Virus record (IMG/VR): IMGVR_UViG_3300014205_000174
DNA length: 64,000 nucleotides
DNA from: a virus
Lineage: Duplodnaviria; Caudoviricetes
Direction: 5' to 3' (one strand)
Both the position numbers and the translations under genes were made by a program. Below the pieces are notes generated by a model. It saw nothing but the letters and a program-made list of their open reading frames with translations. It ran no database searches and had not been told where the DNA came from. Below, one piece after another: positions 57,376 to 64,000 of this stretch; within the stretch, counting starts at the first letter, position 1; every line of letters begins with the position of its first letter.

Positions 57376-57963
57376 ATGGCTAGTAAATACACAGAATCTC
57401 TGATAAGAACGTTTGTAAACCAGTACGGTGTGTCTATAGCAAGGGCTATAGCACAGACCAACTTGTTTTTTCCTGCGGTTGTAGCCCAACTATCTGTGGA
57501 AAGCGCAAATGGTACATCTGGTCTCTCTGTGCGTGCAAATAATTTCGGTGGGATTAAGGGCAACCAGGATAATGGTATACTTATGGATACCACTGAGACG
57601 GATAAGCATATTGCGTCAAGGGCCTATTTTAGGAAATATGCAAACTTCGATGAGTTTATAGACCATTACGTGAGTATTCTGCGAACACCAAGGTATATAA
57701 ATGGGGGAGTATTTGAAGCCACTTCCCCTGAAGACCAGATTAAGGCTATGGTTAAAGCTGGATACTCTACCATGACCCCGAACGCATATTTAAAGCAAGG
57801 AGTAAAAGACAGAATAGATGCAACCAGGGATATATATAAAATCGGAAAAATAGGCAACATATCATCCGCCTATGCTGCTCTAGGGTTCGCCCCGCAACAG
57901 GAGGCAAATCCCGGAGCTGCCGCAGTGCCGAACTTTTTGTGGGATAATATTTTGCGTTTGTAA
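57376..57963 (+). CDS. GH73 glucosaminidase/FlgJ-like peptidoglycan hydrolase
   Basis: AQLSVES, NNFGGIKG, FRKY, RY, AGYST. Confidence 0.9.
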   Translation: MASKYTESLIRTFVNQYGVSIARAIAQTNLFFPAVVAQLSVESANGTSGLSVRANNFGGIKGNQDNGILMDTTETDKHIASRAYFRKYANFDEFIDHYVSILRTPRYINGGVFEATSPEDQIKAMVKAGYSTMTPNAYLKQGVKDRIDATRDIYKIGKIGNISSAYAALGFAPQQEANPGAAAVPNFLWDNILRL

Positions 57964-57975
57964 AACTATCATCAA

Positions 57976-58152
57976 ATGAGCGACAACAGAACGAGGAATT
58001 TGCATATATTGTTATTTTGTGTAACTTTGGCTGGTGTAGGCACTGGTATTTACACTATTTATGAGTACCAGCGCGTTAAGAAAATAAATGAAACAGTGGT
58101 TACATTGCAGGATGCGGAGCAAATCATCAGGATGAACGCTGCTGCAAATTAA
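57976..58152 (+). CDS. small single-TM protein (58 aa, absent from ORF track)
   Basis: MSDNRTRNLHILLFCVTLAGVGTGIYTIYEYQRVKK... Confidence 0.65.
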   Translation: MSDNRTRNLHILLFCVTLAGVGTGIYTIYEYQRVKKINETVVTLQDAEQIIRMNAAAN

Positions 58153-58197
58153 GTTTACGACATTACAAAGCTTTATTCATTTTTAATTTCATAAACC

Positions 58198-58932
58198 ATG
58201 CAGACCCGGATAATCATAAATAATATAGAAAAAAATTTCCAGGATAATTTCAGGCCCAGGGTTCTTCGTGGGCGGAAAGACGCTTTTGTAAATTCGGGAG
58301 GCGGCCTTGAGGGCGCGCCTACTGGCGGTATGATTGGTACCGGAGGCCCAACCCCGCCAGCGCCGAAGCCAAAGTACGATAAGTACGCAGCAAGGGTAAT
58401 ACCAAAACCCGGAATCGAAAGCCTTCCGCCTGTAATAAATGCTACGCCAACAACTGTTTTACCACCACCACCACCTACGCCACCACCAGTAGTGCATCCT
58501 GCTGCCGGTACGATACTGGAGACTTATTGTGCCGGTACGAATAGAATGCGTGCATATGCGGATGGTCGTGGCGGAGCAACTACATCTGTATTGGAGACAA
58601 ACAGCACTAGTTGCGGGTATACTCCTGCGCCACCACCACCGCCGGATACAACGACAACTACTACAGTTGTAACCCAGCCTGCGCCTATACCGGATTACGG
58701 CAGTAGTGGGCCAGTTAGCGGTGGAAGTATAGGTGGTGGAGGCGGTGGCGGAAGTGAAGCGCCAATGTCTCCGGGTGGCGGTGCCGGTATGGGCATGCCG
58801 GAACCAGAGGCCCCTGTATTGCCGGAAAGCATTCTGAAAAAAGAAGTAATCAACTGGCCGTTAATTATAGGTGTAGTTGGTTGTTTTGGTGGAGTGTATT
58901 GGTACTTAGGCAGGAAGCAGGCAGCAGCGTAG
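58198..58932 (+). CDS. Pro/Gly-rich C-terminally anchored membrane protein
   Basis: WPLIIGVVGCFGGVYWYLGRK; PKYDKYA motif shared with the next gene. Confidence 0.8.
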   Translation: MQTRIIINNIEKNFQDNFRPRVLRGRKDAFVNSGGGLEGAPTGGMIGTGGPTPPAPKPKYDKYAARVIPKPGIESLPPVINATPTTVLPPPPPTPPPVVHPAAGTILETYCAGTNRMRAYADGRGGATTSVLETNSTSCGYTPAPPPPPDTTTTTTVVTQPAPIPDYGSSGPVSGGSIGGGGGGGSEAPMSPGGGAGMGMPEPEAPVLPESILKKEVINWPLIIGVVGCFGGVYWYLGRKQAAA

Positions 58933-58956
58933 TCACCAGCAAAATCAGAAACCGAA

Positions 58957-59436
58957 ATGCGAAAAATCATAAATGACATAGACGCTAAATTTAGCAATGC
59001 CAATGGAGGTAGTGCTAAGGTGTTATACAATGGAGGTGGTGCTCAGACATTAGCTCCATTGGAGCCGTCATTTATCGGGATAGGAAATGTTACGCCATCC
59101 CAAAGACCGAAGTATGATAAGTATGCACCAAGGGATGTTGGCAATCCCAATTCAATCGAGTCTGTAGTTCCGGGTATGGGTGGCCCTCCGCCTCCGTCAG
59201 ATAATCCGGTAGACAATGACATCGATACTGGCGACAATACTGGCGACAACTATCCTGGCGGCAATAACAACCAGGGAGACCCGGAATACAACAACAACGA
59301 CGTTATAACAAATAAGGATGTTAGTTCTTCGGTAGAAGAAAGCAAGGATAATAAGTCTCTGTTCATTTTTGCAGGGGTTGGCGTAGTTGGTTTATTGGCC
59401 GGCATATATTTTTACTTAAAAGGCAAAGAACAATGA
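58957..59436 (+). CDS. C-terminally anchored membrane protein, partial paralog of 58198
   Basis: IINDID.KF, PKYDKYAPR, IES; C-terminal TM. Confidence 0.8.
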   Translation: MRKIINDIDAKFSNANGGSAKVLYNGGGAQTLAPLEPSFIGIGNVTPSQRPKYDKYAPRDVGNPNSIESVVPGMGGPPPPSDNPVDNDIDTGDNTGDNYPGGNNNQGDPEYNNNDVITNKDVSSSVEESKDNKSLFIFAGVGVVGLLAGIYFYLKGKEQ

Positions 59437-59906
59437 ATGAACAACAAAAGAAATTAGCGGGACAAATTCTTCTTGGGCTTACTGTAGTTGGCGGTATATA
59501 CCTTTTATATCGCAACAACAGGAAGAATAAGGCAGCCGTCAGCAATACGGTTATGGATATGCCTCAGCCGCCTGTGATGCCGGTTGTGAATCCAATTAGC
59601 CAGGTAGAGAACACTACGCCTATAGATAACTTTGACGTGGTGAAAGATGTGGTGCCGCCAGTGCCAGATATCCCTATAGTGCCAGTTAATACTGTGGTGC
59701 CGCCAGTCACTACACCGGTTAAGCGCGAAGATGTGTTAATCGGTAATCTCATGAAGGCAATAAATATTCTACCAGGTGGTACTAATCTTGATAAAGCAAA
59801 AAGATTCCTTGACGCAAACGGCGTAGACATAAGTACGCTGGCGGATTCAACCGACCAGGGTATTGTTAATTTTGCAGTAGCTAATGGGTGGAACCCAGCG
59901 GCATAA
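59433..59906 (+). CDS. N-terminally anchored Pro/Val-rich protein
   Basis: ILLGLTVVGGIYLLYR. Confidence 0.75.
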   Translation: MNEQQKKLAGQILLGLTVVGGIYLLYRNNRKNKAAVSNTVMDMPQPPVMPVVNPISQVENTTPIDNFDVVKDVVPPVPDIPIVPVNTVVPPVTTPVKREDVLIGNLMKAINILPGGTNLDKAKRFLDANGVDISTLADSTDQGIVNFAVANGWNPAA

Positions 59907-59917
59907 ATACAGGAACA

Positions 59918-60298
59918 ATGGATAACATACAACTAGGAAATAATCCGGCTCCAGCGTTGGAAATGCCAAGTCCGGCATTAAGCGCGCCTATGGCCCCACC
60001 CGCACCAACCCCAACACCAGCTCCGGTATTGGCCCCAACTCCGCCAATGCCTATGCAGTCGCCTGCTATGGGAATTGGGGGTAGTGGGAAGTTTGATTGG
60101 CTGCGCGATATCAACTGGATGGAAACAATCATTTGCGGCTTAGCAGTTGGTGCGCTTAGCTATGTTATTGCCTACTACCGGTTTAAGCTGAAAGAGGATA
60201 AGCTCATTGGTGCAGATACACAGCGCCAGTTGGATAATCTTGGGTTGAGGCTAGGAAAGACCGAGTCCTCTTTGATACAGGCCGGCATTGCTGTTTAA
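59918..60298 (+). CDS. Pro-rich single-TM protein
   Basis: Likely ATG at 59918; TIICGLAVGALSYVIAYY. Confidence 0.75.
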   Translation: MDNIQLGNNPAPALEMPSPALSAPMAPPAPTPTPAPVLAPTPPMPMQSPAMGIGGSGKFDWLRDINWMETIICGLAVGALSYVIAYYRFKLKEDKLIGADTQRQLDNLGLRLGKTESSLIQAGIAV

Positions 60299-60327
60299 AT
60301 CATTAATCACACATAGTTTATAAAAGA

Positions 60328-60354
60328 CGAAAGCCCCCAAATTGGGGGCTTTCG
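60328..60354. terminator. hairpin / probable terminator
   Basis: CGAAAGCCCCCAA-A-TTGGGGGCTTTCG inverted repeat. Confidence 0.65.
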
Positions 60355-60508
60355 CTTACGTGGCAATAGTAAAGAAAAAAACAAACCGAAGTAAAGATAA
60401 TCAAAATAATTTATTTTTAAAATCAAGGCATTGCGTTTTTATTTTTCATATTCCTTTATTATCTTTGAAAATCTTTCCAAGTTAGTTTCAAAGCAAACCA
60501 ATTTAATT

Positions 60509-60952
60509 GTGGCAAATAGGCAACGCACTGACACACATAAGCTATTGCATGAGGTTACGCGAACGGTCGAGGAGATAGGAGCAAAGGAGACTTGTGATAT
60601 ACTCATTGAGGCAAGAGCAAAGAATAAGGCCATTGATTTTATGGACTTTGTTATTAAGGTGGTCTGTGAAAAATACAATGTTTCTCCCGACGATGTGATT
60701 AAAAGTCATAGTGCAGAAAACAAACGGGTTTCTGCACTGCGCTTTATTTGTTTTTATTGCTATAATCACGGCATTAAGGGATTGAAAATTAACCAGGAAG
60801 AAATTGGTAGTAAACTGAATCGGCGTCAACCACTGATTAATAGGTATTCTCAGGAAATGAAGGCGAAAAGGCTGGAGAAGAATACGCAACTGCAAAAGTA
60901 TTTTACATACTTCGATGTTCAGATAAAGTCATACGGTAAGAAAACTAAATAA
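60509..60952 (+). CDS. DnaA C-terminal (domain IV)-like HTH protein
   Basis: VIKVVCEKYNVSPDDVI...RVSALRFICFY...QEEIGSKLNR; GTG 60509 follows TATCTTTG (60460-60467). Confidence 0.65.
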   Translation: MANRQRTDTHKLLHEVTRTVEEIGAKETCDILIEARAKNKAIDFMDFVIKVVCEKYNVSPDDVIKSHSAENKRVSALRFICFYCYNHGIKGLKINQEEIGSKLNRRQPLINRYSQEMKAKRLEKNTQLQKYFTYFDVQIKSYGKKTK

Positions 60953-60983
60953 TTAAATCGTTTTATTTAAAATCACACACATC

Positions 60984-62099
60984 ATGCGTAGAGCAAGAAA
61001 CAACCAGGACGAATTTGAGAATGAAATAACAGAAGGTGGAGAAAGTAGCTCACAGGTTATAAATGCGGAATCTGTTGAGATAAAGGACGAAAAGAAAAGC
61101 GAGTCCATTGCACAAGAGCCATCTAATCCTTACATGACTGGTGTGCTCGATGAAAAGACGTATACGCAGGGCGCTCCCATAGACCCTAATTTGGCAAATA
61201 TGCCGATAGAGGAGCCTGTGTTTATTCCACCCCCTCCGCCTCCACCGGTATCGGAGCCGGCAGGGCCACCCCCTCCGCCAGTTAACCCGGCACTTAAAGA
61301 CCTGAATCCCAAGGATAAAAATGTTGCTGCAAAAAGAGCCGCTGAAATGGCTTTGCAGATGTATGAATACATTCATGAGCTCGGCAATAAGGCGATAACT
61401 ATCCCCGAGAGCAAATTAAATAAACTTCAGAAGCAGGCGCTGATAGATTTGGAGACGCCTATGATGTTTAATGGTCAGCAAATAACTATGAAGCAATTCA
61501 TAGAAGTTTTCAACCAGCAGGCCGAAGGTACGTTTAAGGTAAGCCAGAAGTTCAAGGATGAAGTGATGCCGCTTCTTATTGAGATATTTGAGAAGAAGGG
61601 TATTGGCATGACTACTGAGCAGCAGTTAATGTTCCTTGTTGGTAAAGACATTGCTGGCAAACTTTCCCTTGCATGGGTTGCTATTCAGCAGCGTAAGGAG
61701 ATGATTGAAGTAATGAAGGAGCAGACGGAAGCATTCAAGGCTCAGGCGGAACAGTATAAAGCATGGATGCATGCTCAGCAATCTACCCCGCCGCCACCAC
61801 CGCCACCACCACCTGCGGCGGAGCAGCCAGTCCCAGTTCCACCACCACCGCCACCACCTACTCCTAATTTCCCTGGTTCTTACCAGGATTCACAACCTGT
61901 TGTTCATTTTAATCAGGACGATGTAATGCTCCCTGACCCTGAAGAGCATCGTGGAGTGCCTGGGGAGTTGAATGCACAAGGGTTTGTTGAGAATATGATT
62001 AATCCCGGTAAGGCTAAAAGGAATACGGTTAAGCTGCCGGATAACTCAACTGTGCTAACTGGAAAATCAAGAGGTAAAAATAAATTAAAAGTAAAATAA
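60984..62099 (+). CDS. Pro-rich hypothetical protein upstream of the packaging ATPase
   Basis: 371 aa, poly-Pro tracts flanking a helical core. Confidence 0.8.
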   Translation: MRRARNNQDEFENEITEGGESSSQVINAESVEIKDEKKSESIAQEPSNPYMTGVLDEKTYTQGAPIDPNLANMPIEEPVFIPPPPPPPVSEPAGPPPPPVNPALKDLNPKDKNVAAKRAAEMALQMYEYIHELGNKAITIPESKLNKLQKQALIDLETPMMFNGQQITMKQFIEVFNQQAEGTFKVSQKFKDEVMPLLIEIFEKKGIGMTTEQQLMFLVGKDIAGKLSLAWVAIQQRKEMIEVMKEQTEAFKAQAEQYKAWMHAQQSTPPPPPPPPPAAEQPVPVPPPPPPPTPNFPGSYQDSQPVVHFNQDDVMLPDPEEHRGVPGELNAQGFVENMINPGKAKRNTVKLPDNSTVLTGKSRGKNKLKVK

Positions 62100-62101
62100 T
62101 C

Positions 62102-62989
62102 ATGCCTGGTACAAGGGATTGTTTAGTTACGTTAGTGGTTGGTAAAAAAAAGGTAGGTAAAACACACACTACAATTCAGATGCTTGATGATATCGTCCGT
62201 GGCGATATTGCCAATGGCATTAAGCCAAGGAAGGCGCTGATATTTGATGTGAACAATGAGTTTTCCGACTTTAAGTTTAAGGGCCAGCAGCGAGCTATAA
62301 AAGCGTTGTACATAAGGGATATCGCAAGGTTTAGCTCCAGCAATATTATCGAGATAAGGCGAATACGGCCCTACTTTGACGATGGAAGCCGCATGTCTAC
62401 TGAGGATATGTCGAAGGTGCTGGCCATCATTATGGATAATTACCGGCGCGGGGTGCTACTCGTAGAGGATATAAATAAATATGTTACCGACTCAATCAAT
62501 GGAGATTTGATAGGCAACCTCGCCACTGCTCGACATATAGGATTAGATGTTATATGCCACTATCAGCAGATTTCTCGTGCCGGAAATCCTAAATTATTCG
62601 GTAACGCTAACTTTATTCGTTTTCATAAAACCAATGATACGGTAGCGCGTCATGAACTGAAGTTCCAGGAGAAGACGGAGCTGTTGCAGTTGGCCGAGAA
62701 TATAGTTAACTACTACTATAACGTCAAGGGGTATGAGGAAGACGAAAAGTATAAGTACTTCTTTCTTTGGGTTGATGTAGATGAATCTAAAATAAAGGCT
62801 GGCAATTTCAAAATAACGGACGAGGATATTGAGCGTAGCATTAATGAATATGTATCAGGCAATACCACCAGGCTATTAAAGCCACTCATGCAGCGTCTGG
62901 ATTTAACAACAAACAAGAAAGTGTTTGCTTCAGAGTCAGAAGGTATCCGGTATATTATTAAGCAACTCAAGAGAACATACTTTGAATAA
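62102..62989 (+). CDS. FtsK/HerA-superfamily (A32/P9-like) genome-packaging ATPase
   Basis: Walker A GKKKVGKT, LIFD, Walker B VLLVED, ARH arginine-finger motif, hhhHYQ sensor. Confidence 0.75.
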   Translation: MPGTRDCLVTLVVGKKKVGKTHTTIQMLDDIVRGDIANGIKPRKALIFDVNNEFSDFKFKGQQRAIKALYIRDIARFSSSNIIEIRRIRPYFDDGSRMSTEDMSKVLAIIMDNYRRGVLLVEDINKYVTDSINGDLIGNLATARHIGLDVICHYQQISRAGNPKLFGNANFIRFHKTNDTVARHELKFQEKTELLQLAENIVNYYYNVKGYEEDEKYKYFFLWVDVDESKIKAGNFKITDEDIERSINEYVSGNTTRLLKPLMQRLDLTTNKKVFASESEGIRYIIKQLKRTYFE

Positions 62990-63008
62990 TAGTAAGCACT
63001 AAGAAACC

Positions 63009-63200
63009 ATGCAAAAAATACTCTCCGACTCTACGCTGAAAAGATACATCCGCGAAGACAGCAAACTTTCCGACCTACAAAAGACCGCACTCCAGCGCCA
63101 TAACCACGAAGCACCCGAGTCGTTCGATGCTTGGTTCTACAATATTCTGGATGACGATGAGCGCGAGGACGTTCGCGAGTTCTTGAATATCAAACACTAA
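63009..63200 (+). CDS. hypothetical protein
   Basis: 63 aa. Confidence 0.6.
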   Translation: MQKILSDSTLKRYIREDSKLSDLQKTALQRHNHEAPESFDAWFYNILDDDEREDVREFLNIKH

Positions 63201-63284
63201 AAAAGTATTCAAATAATTTTGTTATTCTGGAAACTATATTTACATTTATGCTTTATATATTTTTCAACTAAAATTTTAATTACA

Positions 63285-63476
63285 ATGCAAGAGGGCACAG
63301 TTAAGTTTTTTAATGACTCCAAAGGATTTGGATTCATTACGCCATCCACAGGTGGCAAAGATATTTTCGTTCATGTATCCGGCACAAAGGATGAAATCCG
63401 GGAGAACGACAGGGTATCCTACGAAGTAGAAAATGGTAAGAAGGGCTTAAATGCCATAAACGTAAGAGTAATCTAG
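63285..63476 (+). CDS. cspA: cold-shock domain protein
   Basis: MQEGTVKFFNDSKGFGFI...DIFVHVS (RNP1/RNP2); start moved to ATG 63285. Confidence 0.95.
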   Translation: MQEGTVKFFNDSKGFGFITPSTGGKDIFVHVSGTKDEIRENDRVSYEVENGKKGLNAINVRVI

Positions 63477-63500
63477 CGCACACACACCACTTTCATTCAG

Positions 63501-63530
63501 AAAAAACCACGCCACCAGCGTGGTTTTTTT
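63501..63530 (+). terminator. intrinsic terminator
   Basis: AAAAAACCACGC-CACCA-GCGTGGTTTTTTT. Confidence 0.85.
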
Positions 63531-63846
63531 ATTTTTAAATATTCCCACAATCTTCATGTCGCTGAAATCCGCTCTACAAGCCACACACAGGCTATTCCAC
63601 TTTGATAATTATTGTTAATAAAAGGTAAGTGTATTTATAAAAAAAGTACAATATTGATAGTATTTCAATAACAGCAAATTACGTAAAAATTAGATTTGTT
63701 TACTATTGTTTGTAGATTTGTTTTCCGAAAGGCTATTTGCATAGCTGATTAAACAAAAAGCATACCAGTACTAATATTCGCTATTTGTATAGCAAAACAA
63801 TAAATCATTTTTAACTCATTAATCAAACAACTTAAAACTAACTTTT

Positions 63847-63975
63847 ATGATGGAGCAAGTTAAGAAACACCTCGGTTTAGGCATTACAGTTGTTGTTGCG
63901 GTATTGGTAACAACTAATCTGATTCAGCCAATGATTAACAAAGCGAAAATAAGTTCTCCTTCAGTTTCCCAGTAA
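63847..63975 (+). CDS. small single-TM protein (42 aa), likely first gene of the next operon
   Basis: MMEQVKKHLGLGITVVVAVLVTTNLIQP... Confidence 0.55.
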   Translation: MMEQVKKHLGLGITVVVAVLVTTNLIQPMINKAKISSPSVSQ

Positions 63976-64000
63976 TTCTGGTCTGATGAGTTCAAGGCAT

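Noticed and set aside
1-64000. Bacterial chromosome or tailed prophage
   Set aside because: No housekeeping operons, integrase, terminase, portal or tail genes seen; gene content and packing are virus-like, though the rest of the genome is unseen

Overview
64 kb of a large, almost entirely + strand virus-like genome. A Bacteroidota host is inferred from TAnnTTTG promoter elements, A-rich leaders without Shine-Dalgarno sites and a Bacteroidota-like CspA. No terminase, portal, tail or capsid gene is recognisable. Instead there is an A32/FtsK-type packaging ATPase (62102-62989) preceded by a run of small Pro-rich membrane-anchored proteins and a GH73 lysin, which suggests a very large tailless, membrane-containing (Varidnaviria-like) bacterial virus. 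Layout: 1-19 kb small accessory genes (TnpB, two glycosyltransferases, ACP, DEDDh exonuclease, YopX, LuxR HTH); 19.8-26.8 kb and 45-54.7 kb four giant modular proteins whose modules are delimited by a recurring [FYML]xxGG motif, one carrying TopoIB + ParB-like + ADP-ribosyltransferase + GNAT + CCA-adding/HD domains; 27.8-30.1 kb an RNA island with sigma-54-type promoters holding a tRNA with an 89-nt anticodon insertion, a candidate sRNA, an HNH gene and a circularly permuted two-piece tmRNA; 31-44.5 kb strawberry-notch helicase, intein-containing MoxR/CobS AAA+ with a vWA-like partner, and an LPD23/metallopeptidase protein; 54.7-56.2 kb an IS607-type TnpB whose guide position holds diverged copies of both neighbouring genes. 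All family assignments come from motif recognition by eye, with no database searches.
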